Source: Owenia fusiformis (Eukaryota). Taken from it: a DNA stretch of 64,000 nt. Below the pieces are notes generated by a model that worked only from the letters and a program-made list of their open reading frames with translations, was not told the origin of the DNA and did no database searches. The stretch spans positions 43,028,001 to 43,092,000 of the forward strand of contig CAIIXF020000001.1 of NCBI GenBank assembly GCA_903813345.2. Direction: 5' to 3'. Every line of letters begins with the position of its first letter. Positions within the stretch are counted from its first letter, which is position 1. Of the stretch, positions 9,229 to 21,879 are shown one piece after another. The translations under genes were made by a program, and so were the position numbers.

Positions 9229-12200
9229 TTGATAAGCTATCTAGTAGAACAGAGATCTCGGGGTGAATTTCTCACAATGCTGTATGAGATAGAGGCCAGG
9301 AACCATAGAGATACCCATAGATTATTAGCTGCAGTCAAAATGCAACTGGAGAGAAATGTCAAAGGGCTTCAAGACAGAATTGTAAGTAATACTAATGCCT
9401 CAGTCACATTAGCTTAGTGAGTGTAGCTTCCCCAAGTCGAGACATATGGCTCATAAAATATAGGGATAAGCTGTATGATGTAGATTTTCAATATCCATTG
9501 TGTGAAGCTGAGGCCAACGCACAGTCGCCATAGAGCAAATGTGACTGAAGCTTTACTTCTCCTATGTGAATAAAAGTCACAAACCTTTACATTTTTATAT
9601 TGCAGACTTACAATGTGATCTAAAGTTCATCCAATAAGAAATGTCGTTTTTTCTATAATTCATCATAAAATTTTATACAAAAAATACTTGTACATTTCTA
9701 AGATGTGATGACATCGCTTGCCCATCCAAAATCTTGAAATGTGGCTACTAGAATTAATCCATTGTTCTATTATCCCCTGTATGAACTATTATCTAATTGC
9801 TTCACTAGTAACCTCAGTATGAAATAATTTATGTTTTTAGGCCATGCTGAATGAGCCAGGTTTGAAGCAAACTAGAGAGAGAGAAACCATTGACACTAGG
9901 GATCCCTTAAACAGACTTTATGATGTCATAGGTATGTAAATTAAGAATTATAAGATAGAAACTGTACTAGCCAAGGATCCCATAAACAGACTTACAGGTA
10001 GGTGTAGGTAGGATGTCATTGTAGGTAGGTTACTTAAGTACTGGTACCTGCTTCGAATACTTTTTATTGACTTTGAAAATTTAATTTTCTTTGAAAATGT
10101 AACTTCCAGGTCGGGCAAAATTCCCAAAGACCCCATGGTATACAAAAAAGTGAAATATCTTTTCTTGTGTTGGACAGATAATATTTTTTTAATATATTTT
10201 CATTTGTATAATTATCAGACACATAAGGTTTATATGAAAATTGATCCACTTGAACTGATGAATATCCAAGTCTAAGGGAACTTTCTATTATATCTGATAT
10301 GTTATCTGGCCCGAATTAGCTACCTGGTGGTAAAACTGGTAACTACCTATTTGCATCTGGGTTATTGAGAAAGCAATTCATTCATTCATCCTGACATCTT
10401 TCCATCACCTTTTAGATTGTTTCCAGAAAAGTTGGAGGCTTTCAATATCATTACTCCATTAGAGTTGTAGGAATGCAGAAAGTTGCAGTATTGGAGACAC
10501 ATATGCTTATAACTAGTCTCCATACAGGATAAACATTAACATACATGCAATTTATTATTGTATTGTCTACGACTAAATATCACTTGTATATATATATTAG
10601 AAATTTATTTATTTATAGTGACAGTGCACTGGTCTTGTGATATTATTAGATATTATAGAGATGCAACATTCACACAAGGTATTTGCTGCTATGATTTCAA
10701 GTGTAGTACTTCTTTGTTATATTCTGCTATTTAGGATAACAAGAGTTCAAAGGATATACGAACCTAAACCTTTAACAGGCCAGCAAATACCAGAGTTATA
10801 TGAAAGGACAATTATAATAGAAAACAGGACAGGAAAAAATTGGGCAGCAGAAAAAGTTACGAAAATATCATCACTTGATAGTCTTTTACATCACAGAGGA
10901 ACTAATGCATGTGTCATTTTAACATTTGTCGATGAGGCATATTTTGATATGTTCTTCAACATGCGTCTCTCCCTTGAAAGAATTGATAAAAAATTAACCA
11001 CATTGCTTTTACCAATATGCAAGGATGACTATAGCTTTGAAAAACTGGAACGTCAGAATATCTCATGCTACTTCTCAGGAACCAAATCAAAGAATTATGG
11101 TCTCGCATATTTTAACACTATGCAATTTAACAAGGAATCAAACGAAAAAATATACTGGTTATTGCGAATCTTAAAACTAGGTTATAGTGTATTACTAACT
11201 GATGGAGATGTTATTTATAAAAGAAATCCATTCCTTCATCTGAATTGCAGCGATTGTGACATCATAATTCAAGAAGACGATGCACATGGTGATGTCACTG
11301 CACAATTGAACAGTGGCTTTATCTTTGCACGACCAACAAATTACACACTGGAGTTGATCACAAAGATTCATGAACTTGCACTTGAGAAACATTTTAAACA
11401 TAATGATCAAGTTTACACAAATATGATATTACTACCATTGGTAAAACGACCAATTAATATGTCCCCTAAAATAAAAGTTTTGGATAGATCTAGATTTGTC
11501 TCAGGTCAGAATTTTGAGAAATATTGGAACAATCCATTACTTGTCATGCTGCATAATAATTGGCTTTTTGGGCTATCACCAAAGATAGCACGATTCAAAG
11601 CTCATGGCATGTGGTACGCTTCATAAAAAGCATGATCAGGTTTAACATGGAGGTGAAACGAGAGATGTTAAAAAAACTATCATGGCATTTTATTTAAATA
11701 GATAAGTTTAATTTAAAAATATAAACTCTATCAGGCAAAGATATTTATTATTAAATTATCGCCCTGGTGGATGTACAGACAGATGGAAATAGGTTTTCTC
11801 TCTATCCCTCTTTGATGTGATAATTAATAAAAGAAAATAGAATGTAGTAGACCTGGTGTGGAAGCCTTGGGGATCTCTATAATTAATAATATAATTAAAT
11901 GTATTGGTGTTGAAATGCCTCCAGTGGATGGCATCTCAGCTTGATCCTTCAACATCAACTTCACATATATTTGTTATTCACATAGTGTAATGTTATTTGA
12001 CGAGTACTATTGAATTCACAGTATTTCTAGGATTAAAAGTAATCAATGTTAGATATGTAGTCTCTTTTTGATTGAATTGACAATATTCTGAGGATTAAAA
12101 GTAATCACTATTAGATATTTAGCTTGTTTGATTGTTTATTTCAAATTTTCCCAGAATATGTAAAATGAATTCAGTAATTAATTCAAAAAGTTTCATTCAC

Positions 12201-15200
12201 TTTTCTTTTATTGGACCAAAAAAATGGTTACTATGGTAACTATGGTATTGTGATCAAAATTGACCATATCAAAACATTTTCCATGCTTTGCAAAACATGG
12301 AAAGTATGTGTATGGTTATAGCTACCATATAGCTACCAAGTAAATATTATCATGCCTATGTTTTTATTATCGTACCTAATAAAGGTACGATATTGTAGTC
12401 AGCTTGGCGGGCGGGCGGCGTCTCACTTTTCAGCTTGTCTACAGGTTTCCAGCCAAACCATTTGACAGATTCATCTGAAATTTTCAGGAATGTTTCTACG
12501 TATCAAAGTTAAGAACTGATTAGTTTTTGGGCATTCTGGGTAAATTTTTAGGTGGCCATTTTGGATTTTCCATCCTAAAATCTTCACTTTCAAGACTTGT
12601 CTACAGGTTTCCAGCCAAACCATTTGACGGATTCATCTGAAATTTTCAGGGATGTTTCTACGTATCAAAGTTAAGAACTGATTAGTTTTTTGGCATTCTG
12701 GGTAAAATTTAAGGTGGCCATTTTGGATTTTCCGTCCTAAAATCTTCACTTTCAAGACTTGTCTACAGGTTTCCAGCCAAACCATTTGACGGATTCATTT
12801 GAAATTTACAGGGATGTTTCTACATATCAAAGTTAACAACTGATTAGTTTTTGGGCATTCTGGGTTAATTTTAAGGTGGCCATTTTGGATTTTCCATCCT
12901 AAAATCTTCACTTTCAAGACTTGTCTACAGGTTTCCAGCCAAACCATTTGATGGATTCATCTGAAATTTTCAGGGATGTTTCAACGTATCAAAGTTAAGA
13001 ACTGATTAGTTTTTGGGCATTCTGGGTAAATTTTAAGGTGGCCATTTTGGATTTTCCATCCTTAATTCTTCACTGTCACACTGCTGTGTTTTAGGTACGA
13101 TATTGTTCACGTCTGTGCCTTGTTCTTTTTAAGACTCATTTTAGTTTGATAAAATGTGCTGTTTTTAACCAACAAGGCATTACAAATATTTTCCGATTAG
13201 GTGCACCTTAATGTAAAAGTGCCACTGCTAAAAAGTGTATACCTAAATAAATAAGATAAATATAAAAAAATGTAAGGAGAGATATAGTCTGGTTACTGGT
13301 AAGGAATATCCCTTTAGATTAATGTCAATAACATTTAGAACTTCAAGTACTAATAGAATTTGAACTACGCCCCAATCCATTTTAAAATAGCCACCAAAAA
13401 TAAAATAAATGTAAAACATAGAGTCAAAGAAGGACACTATTCACATCATCACGCCTAACCATCAATAATGTACAAGGACAAAACAAGCCGTCGTACACTT
13501 TAGATGTACGGTGTCAAGAAGCAAAGACAATGATGTAGATTTGATGTAGGTTTTTAAAAAAATATCCAAGCAATACATTAAGGATTTCAAGTTTTATTTT
13601 GTGTGTATTCGTTTGGGAAGACATTTATCTTTCTAGTAACATTAGAATATTTTCAAACAGTGCTCGATTTTTTTCGTGGTTAATCTACCAATAAAATTGG
13701 TCGGTTGAAAAATGTTGTTTTTTACACATTTGTGCCCATTCTGTGTTAGCTTCCAGCCCAAACTCCCATTCAGTGTCTCGGAATAGAATTAGTTGAAGAC
13801 TAGCACCGCCACAGAGTTTGCTTCCAAAATAAAAACAATTTCCATTAATACCATTCTACTTTTGAAGATTTTTTTTTATTCAGTTTTATTCATTAAAATT
13901 AATTGTTTCAAAATGTAAATACAAGTAGCGGCTGTGTATTAAAACATTAATAGCCTCGTTTAACTACATTTGAATACATATATTTGGTCACAGGTTTAAA
14001 AAAGAACAAGTTTAAAGGAAAACAAGTGGGTGGTGGATAAGATGACTAGACATTAAAACATTTCTCAAAGAATTGTGCACTGAGCTTTAAAATACATACA
14101 TTTATTCTTAATGGTAAGAGTTGATCACCATTCACAAAAAGAGATAGCTTGTCTTGTTGGGACTTATACACTTGATAGTTGAAATTTTGTATGTTCTGAA
14201 GTTCATCCTCTAGTTCAATGAAAAAATCTCAATCTAAGTGTGCAGCCAAAAACTACATGTAAGGTAGTCTCATTTTTGTAGCCACATTGGCATACAGGAG
14301 TCTCCACATTTGTTAAATTATGTGAATGTGAGACTTAAAGGCAAGACCACATCTAACTTTATTAAAAATAATCTCGCATCCTCTGTTCAGATCAAGATCT
14401 GAAGTACGAATCAGTTTAGCATTTATAAGATCCTTCTTAAGGTCTGATTTGAAAATATTTAAGTTATTTGAACTTCTAATTTTTGGTGACAGTGAATTCC
14501 ACTCATTCATAGCAGTAAAAATGCATATTCTATTGTAAATGGCTGGCTGCTTTATTGGGATAGTATAGTCGAACCTATGTCAATTAGTTCTATTTTGGAT
14601 TATGGATTTTGGATTTTGAAGATGTTTAGACCCCTCGTTGAAAAATCTTTTCATGCAATAAAATTCAGAAAAAGAAGCAAATAAGTTCAACATTTTGAAA
14701 AAAATGTTGACGTGGGGTCCCTATTTATAATTTTTCTAATTGTTCATTTGATATTTTTATCACCATGGGGACTTCACTTGAAAGAAAACATATTGTCTTA
14801 ATAAAAACCACTGTATTTATGCCCAGAAAGTACTCATGGTGAAAGATATGGCTGTCTAAAATCACTTGCCATACCACACATGGACCTTTTGCCATAATTT
14901 GTACATTTTAAATGACCCTTTGGAATGATTTTGCTCAAATTTTTCCAAATTTGCTCAAATCTTGCCCAATTTATATCATTATTATTATCCCATCGAACAA
15001 GGTTCGGATGAATATAGGGAACGCCTCCGTCCGTCCGGCAATAACTCAAATACCGTTGGCCTGATTTTATTCATATTTTGTACAAAAAGGTCACTCATTT
15101 AAAAATGATGGCCATTTTAGTGCCGATTTTTCAGTAATTTAGGTACTGCATATAAAACTGTAATAGCAATATGTTTTAAATGTAAAAAAGTTATATAGGA

Positions 15201-18200
15201 CATTGATTAAGCTAGAAATGTAAATAAAGAAGAAATACATGGCAGCCATCTTGAAAAATGGCTGCCTTTGCACGTCATTTTACGATTTTTGCTGTAACTT
15301 GAAAAGTAGTGGAGCGATTTTGTTCATATTTGGTATGTGAATACTTTAAGCATGGCACAATGTCTAATGACATTTTGGGTAGTAGGCAGCCATTTTGAAA
15401 AATGGCCGCCATTTTTATGTGTGTTATTTAATATTTTTTACTGTTAGTCAAATAGTAGTGTAGCGATTTTGTTCATATTTTGTATGTGAATACTTTAAGT
15501 ATGGCACAATGTCTAATGACATTTTGGGTAGTAGGCGGCCATTTTGAAAAATGGCCGTCATTTTTATGTGTGTTATTTTACATTTTTTACTATAATTTAA
15601 AACTAAAGTAGTAGAGCGATTTTGTTCATATTTTATATGTGAATACTATAAGCATGGCACACTGTCTAATGACACTTTGGGTAGTAGGCGGCCATATTGA
15701 AAAATGGCCACCATTTTTACGTTTTTTACTATAATTTGAAAAGTAGTGGAGCGATTTTGTTCATATTTGATAAATACTCATGAGCCTTGCACACTGTCTC
15801 ATGACACTTTGTGAAGTAGGCGGCCATTTTAAAAAATGGCTGTCATTTTTACATTTTTTACTATAATTCGAAAAGTATTGGAGCGATTTTGTTCATATTT
15901 GATGTGTGAATACTTTAAGCATGGCAGATTGTCTAATAAAACTTTGGGGAGTAGTCAGCCATTTTGAAAAATGGCCACCATTTTTATGTGTGTTATTTTA
16001 CATTTTTTATTATAACTCAACAAGTTATAGAGCGATTTTGTTCATATTTGATATGTGAATACTCATAAGGATTGCATTCTGTCTTATGAAATTTTGGGTA
16101 GTTTCTGTTCGATGGGATTTGCTACGCGTTGGCGTTGCCATTGTTCTGGTTAGACCATTTTGAGTTTTTCCACGATCAGACACTTTCTACTCGGTAAATA
16201 TGCTTTATTTGTACGTTTCAATGCATTGTGAAGGTATTAAATCAGTATTATCGCCATCGATTTTCTGTATTTTTACTTAATTCTTTATTTCTACCCACAC
16301 TTGTGAGTATAAAATAGTACATATACATACAATGATGATACAGTTTAGTTTAATTCACTACCATCAGTAATCTTCATCAATTTACTTAAATGCACAGAAT
16401 ATTTAATATTAGACAACAAACTTACAAGCTTACATTCTGAAATATAATGGTACTCATCTCCTAGTATGTTATATTTGGTACACAATCTCTCTAACCTTTT
16501 TATGTATCTCCCTGTTTCTATAGGAAGATTATGATTTGAAGTTCTAAGTTTTGTAATATATAATCTAGTGCTTTTTTGTTGTTACAATAGGTTACAAGAT
16601 GTGAAATATGAAGTTTTAGATTTATCTAAATCTGATAGCCATTGCTGTAGGAATTTTTTAGTTTCCTCTTCACCATGTTTCACAGTGAAGATGCCAAAAC
16701 ATGAAAAATTCAGAATGAGGTAAAGTGAAAAAATGATAAAATTATATTTTTACCAAAACCTCATAAAAAGAATCATCTAATAGTTTGTAATTAACCCACG
16801 AAATACTCCCTCGATTTTTTTCGTTACAACAATATCTAAACCAATGCTATTGGCCATGCCGACGAGGAAAATAATTAGCGAAATAGAAGACACCATTGGT
16901 TAAATACTTGCTTCTATGTGAAAAACAAAATGATGCTTTGAATAATGGCACAGTTCAACACATGTAACTGTATGAATTGAATGGTAGTTCTTAAGGAAAA
17001 GTGACAAAGTAATTAAATACCCACATTTGACAAGAAGTTAACAAAAAATAAGTTGCTTTTTGTTTGTTTTTTGTATTACATATTTCTCGTGCAAAAAGCA
17101 AGATATGAAAGAATATACCTGTTTAAATACAAACCTGACAAAATCAAAATATCATTTGTATCAACGGTCACATATGCATGCAGCGATTAAGTGTTTATTG
17201 CGAACAATTATGAAGAGGGTAAAACATATCGACGAGGAAATTGGCCCTTTTGGCTCAGGCTCTTTAATATGCTTTGGTTTAGCATAATGTATCTAACTCG
17301 AGTAAAACTGTTTGAGTACAACTTTAAAGCACCATATTATGGATCCCTTCGAGACACTTCATAATAGAGGTATGTTTTTAAAGTATTATAATCAGAAACT
17401 GTTGAAACAAGGGACCCCTTTAGCAGAGTATATGATATCATTTATAGGTAGGTTAATTAAAGTAATAGGTGTTTCAAAAAGAATTGGCTAGCTTGCGTAA
17501 TTCTGAAGCAACTTCAACTTCATGTGACATTTACAACAAAAAAAATTAAATTTGAATGCAAATATTGTACAATTGAAATAACATGAGGAGATTGCTACAA
17601 ATTCACTTCAGATCTGTCATGAACTCAGAATGAAAAGTAAGCACCCACACAAAAATAGAGGATTCATGCTGGCTCCAGTCTCAATGAATCATTGGTGAAT
17701 TCAATGAATGTGTTCTTGTATGCACGCCTTTTACCGAGACTGCCAGGTTGTGTTGAATGTCTATTTATCATCAAAATTGTTATATAAAAACATAGAACAT
17801 TTGAAGAATTGCAGTTCTGTATACATTATTCAATATATTGCAAGAATCCGAATACATATACAATATGTAATTTTGATTCTAGGTCCAAGAAACAATGAAA
17901 GCAAGGAGCAGCTATTCATCACATACTCTGGTCTTGTCAATGGAGCTGACAAGTTAAATAGTGACATCACTGGTTTGAGAGCCTCACTTTCATCAGCCAA
18001 TAGCTATCAAGATGACAGATTAACCATTCTGTAAGACACACTCATTTTTTTAGATATTAAGAATTATGAAATATGAACATCATTAAAATATTCTGGTCAT
18101 TGGATATAATTAGAGAGGTTAAACTATATGTTTGAGATAACCTGTAATGAATGTAATATTATGACATCTCAAGGATTACTATTCTGTTCATGCCTTTATA

Positions 18201-19437
18201 CTCAATCAAGCAAATAAATACTATGAAGGTGGAGAATTCGTCTCTTGAGGACAATCAATGATTAAACAAATGTATGTGCAATTTCTCTTAAAAATGTCTA
18301 TCTTAACCTCCTTGATACATGGTGTGTCAAATAAGCCACATCTTAAAATATTCCATAAACTGAATTAACAATATAATTTGATGATTTGCTTTAGGAAAGG
18401 TATGTCACAGTAAGTTTCTGTTGTGCAGCATTTACAGTTTTTTCATTGCATCGAATTCTGAAATGTCACTTGTTTTTAAACTGCTCTCATATTTTTGCGT
18501 GAAGGATTACTCTCATGGACATCCTTCAAAGTTTTAATCCCTTTTCTTGCTATTTCAGTGAACAAAATGTGAAGCTGTGTGAGACAATAGTGTATGCAGG
18601 GTCAGCCACTTCAGGCACACAGCCACTGCTCAGCCCCCAACAGCTGTTGGACAGTTCCCTTCATCTGGAGCAGCTCATTGATAAGCTAGAAGCTAATATA
18701 ACAGACATTGCCACTGGGATTCAAGAAAAGAAAAAGGTAACTGAAAGGGAGTAGCTGAAATTGCAAGAAAAAATTTCAAAATGTTCTTAATTTGATTTTG
18801 TTTTTACGTTTTTTGTCATTTAACACCTTTCAGTGGTGTCTCGCTCCCTTCATCTTGTTGTATGCATATCTATTTATTAATATATTGAAATTGAAAAATT
18901 TAAATTGAATTTGACCATACCGTACTCCAGGTTAGAAACATATTTTATTTATATTTCAAGAATTGACACATTTCATCATTGTAAATACAAAAAAGATAAT
19001 TGAAAAACTAGAAAATGAGATGTAGAGGTTGACAAAATTGTGTGTTATCACCATCATAAGATACATTTGACAGGCACATAATAATATATAAATGATAGAT
19101 GTATGTGCCCATCATGTAGGTATTTTCATAAGAATTAAGTGGATAAATGAAAAATTGTCGTTTAATTCCATCGGAATTCAGCTCACTTTATAAAGAGAAA
19201 AGTTCTTATTGGTCAAACATTGAACATTTTAATTTTTGGTACAAGAGCATATTTCAGCTAATAAAATGGAAAGAGTAATGTCTCATTTGTCATACTATTT
19301 GTTTCCAGTTATTACAGGCTGATCCGCTGAAACGTATAGAAAGGGAACTGTACACCTATTTCCACAATGATCCAGACAGACTAAGACAAACTCTTCAGGA
19401 TATATCTCATAGACTACAGGCACAAATGGTGAAGTAG
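9229..19437 (+). CDS. HAUS3: HAUS augmin-like complex subunit 3, C-terminal five coding exons (5' part not found in window)
   Basis: Exons 9229-9381, 9841-9931, 17883-18030, 18559-18736, 19309-19437; GT-AG, phases 0/1/2/0 consistent. Peptides YEIEARNHRD, RETIDTRD..RLYDVI, LFITYSGL and ERELYTYF match the HAUS3 C-terminal pattern as recalled from the vertebrate protein (YEIELRKHRD, RNTIDTKD, LFLTHGNL, EREFYVYF). Confidence 0.85.
10050..10370. mobile_element. Dispersed DNA-transposon fragment, homologous to about 57075-57355
   Basis: Shared blocks AAAAGTGA(A/T)ATATCTTTTCTTGT.TTGGACAGATAA, TATATGAAAATTGA and AAACTGGTAACTAC at both places. Confidence 0.7.
10661..11626 (+). CDS. Nucleotide-diphospho-sugar transferase family (GT77-like) type II membrane glycosyltransferase, 321 aa, single coding exon
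   Basis: Intact ORF from ATG 10661 (the track start at 10637 is GTG). N-terminal hydrophobic anchor (VFAAMISSVVLLCYILLF), LKLGYSVLLTDGDVI with DxD, LNSGFIF, NDQ, and C-terminal HNNW..G...KIARFKAHGMW, all typical of this family. AATAAA near 11826. Confidence 0.88.
   Translation: MQHSHKVFAAMISSVVLLCYILLFRITRVQRIYEPKPLTGQQIPELYERTIIIENRTGKNWAAEKVTKISSLDSLLHHRGTNACVILTFVDEAYFDMFFNMRLSLERIDKKLTTLLLPICKDDYSFEKLERQNISCYFSGTKSKNYGLAYFNTMQFNKESNEKIYWLLRILKLGYSVLLTDGDVIYKRNPFLHLNCSDCDIIIQEDDAHGDVTAQLNSGFIFARPTNYTLELITKIHELALEKHFKHNDQVYTNMILLPLVKRPINMSPKIKVLDRSRFVSGQNFEKYWNNPLLVMLHNNWLFGLSPKIARFKAHGMWYAS
12362..13124 (+). mobile_element. Helentron/HINE (DINE-1/pearl-like) non-autonomous element with 4 x 162-bp internal tandem repeats
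   Basis: 5' palindrome ATCGTACCT..AGGTACGAT, short GGCG run, units starting 12434/12596/12758/12920, 3' subterminal AGGTACGAT, small hairpin and TTGTT end in T-rich flanks. Confidence 0.75.
13870..14660 (-). mobile_element. Degraded 3' end of a non-LTR retrotransposon (CR1/L2-like ORF2 C-terminus)
   Basis: Minus-strand WNSLSPKIRSSNNLNIFKSDLK, followed after a frameshift by a C..CGYKNETTLHVVFGC zinc-knuckle-like motif; frame is broken. Confidence 0.6.
14983..16145 (+). mobile_element. Helentron/HINE-type element with about 6 diverged 130-150-bp internal repeats
   Basis: Subterminal inverted repeats ATCCCATCGAACA / TGTTCGATGGGAT, CCGT microsatellite seed, recurring AGCGATTTTGTTCATATT and GCCATTTTGAAAAATGGC, 3' hairpin plus TTGTT. 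Confidence 0.75.
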
Positions 19438-21879
19438 AAGATCAAGTGTCAAACTATCAAAGACATTTGTATTATTGCACCAATGTTCTTTTATTCATTG
19501 GTGGTAAGACGCTAAATCCAAAAGTAATCTCAAAAAACATAATACAGACTGCAAATGAAAAAGGAAAAAGATGCACAGATTTGAATTAAAACTTACTTTT
19601 TCTTGTATAGATGGCAGCGTTGTATACAGAAATTATGACTCCAGTTTGAATGAAAATGAATTTGCAAAAAAGAATAAAAGGAAAAAATAAACAAAAAAGC
19701 TGCCTAAGGGGCTTAATCTTCAACTGATCAAGGCATGAGAATAAAGATTGGATAGAAAAAATCAAGTTGATCATCTAGACTTTTCTCAGGCCTTGAAAAA
19801 TTGATTCACCAGTTTGGAATACAGAGCATGAATAGACTATGGGATGAGAATAAGAATTGAATAGGCCATAAAGAGATTCAAGTCCACTCCTCAAAAATAC
19901 AGTTCTTTTATATTGTTTATTAGATTTAGAAAAAATCTTTTTGATGGTGAAAATATACTGTTCGGATAACAAGATACTTAAGTAATAAAGATATTGATAT
20001 GAAGTAGGGAAAATTAGTAGAACTGATTTATCAAAATATAATCTCGTTGGCTTCTATATATAATAAACATGATGAATAGCTGCTGCCCCTGCTTGAAATT
20101 AATGTTGGTTGGCTTGTCACATCTCTCTTAAAATCTGAAAAAACAATATGATTTTCTTGTTATTCCACGCCTACAATTGGTTTTTAGACTCCTGATTTTA
20201 GTTCATGCTTACTTTACACGTTTTCATTTAAGTTCAGTTGTATGTCAATATGTTTCTGGGTTTAGGAAACAGTTAGTTCATTGGTTTAAGTGTTGGGTTT
20301 ATTGGGTGAAATCTATTCTGTCAGATGTTCTGGACATCTAAAGATTTTCTTCCATGAAGAACCTCATTAAGAACAAGATTAATTACCATAGTGACGTCAT
20401 TATTTGAATTAAAAATCAATACTCAGTTTATTTGGGTCTTTCTGTCATACTCGTAGATGTGTTTGTCATAGGATCAAATAGAGTTCAAAAAATTGATGTA
20501 GCCATCATATATACATCTGGTTAAGGTGTTATTATGCCACCATTAAGTGTGATCTTTTGATGACATTGGTGCTCAGTCTTGGGGTTCAGCATTTGTAACA
20601 GAAAAAATATTCTGCTCATTCCGTATAAATGTTAGTCCTCTGATGGAAATGAAGAAATAATACATTTATCAAGGAATCACCCTGTCCTAAAATAATGACC
20701 TAATAGTAGATGAAAATTTTACATGAAAAGAGGAAAGGATATTCCAAAGAAAGTCAAACCCTTTCGGTAGCTTTAAGAGGATGATGTATTTCCTTTTATT
20801 CTTGTTAAAGTCAACCATGTGTAAAGTACATTTGAAATTTATTGGAAATGATATGTCAGTTGTTGAAGTTGTTAGGTGGAAGAGTTAATTAATAAAGAGA
20901 CATGCTTCTTTTCACCATAATCCCACAAGAAGAGCGAGGTGAGGTTTGTTTTACCAGAATTGTTTCATTTTCAGAACCAGGTGTAAAAGGGTAGGTGGTC
21001 CTATCAAATGTTGGGACTACTCTCAATTGATTTATATGGTGACCTTATTACAATTATTTTCCTTATTATTTTTACAGTCAGGGCCGTAAGGAAAGGGGAC
21101 CATAATCCCCAGGCGACCATAATTTCTTTTACACCGGTATGTCAAAGAAGTGAAATATTTTCACTCTACCATTTATGATATTTTTGACAAGGGCACCCGT
21201 AAGACTGGATACGTTGTCAGGCTGAGATGATAAATCCTCGCAGCATACATATCATCTGCTTGATTAGACTCTAGATCAGTATGCTTAGTATAACCCAAAA
21301 TGACAAGGGAATAATTTGTCTCAGGAATAAATCAAAATTAAAAGTGAATGATTGCTTTCATTATGGCGGCGTTTAACATAGTAATGGAGAAATTGCACAG
21401 TAGAGGCATATATGTCATTCTTCAAAGACCAAAAGTTAATCTTCAAATGAAAAAAGTTCCATTTGATGAAAACAATTAGTGTATACAAACACTGATTAAG
21501 AAATTGATCATGATTACTGAAAAATATAAACTACCCTTTTCAACAGTATAATTTCAATTTTTAGTAAGAGCCTATATTAGCAGGAATATTGGTAGTTCCG
21601 CATGATGATCATTTTCATTTATTTTCCACAATTCTAAATACCAATAATTAATAAAATGTTTATGTTGTTTTACATCTTCGTTCACTCGGCTCCCGTCTGA
21701 AAACTGATTGTGCGAACATGGTTGTTAGAAGAAATATTCAAGATATCGAACACAGTTGTTGATCTGATACAGAATGGTTATCTGGTCTTGTTTATTAGAT
21801 TATGACATTATCAATACTAAACAAAGACCTATTAAAGTCCACCATCATATGTATTCCCTGTGGATCAGGTCCCCAAGTT

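Noticed and set aside
9931..10661. HAUS3-glycosyltransferase fusion protein by alternative splicing
   Set aside because: The phase-1 donor joined to acceptors at 10618 or 10624 is out of frame with the transferase ORF.
19540..20830. Possible decayed retroelement coding sequence on the minus strand
   Set aside because: Short broken ORFs with no motif I can identify securely; needs BLASTX or a repeat-library search.
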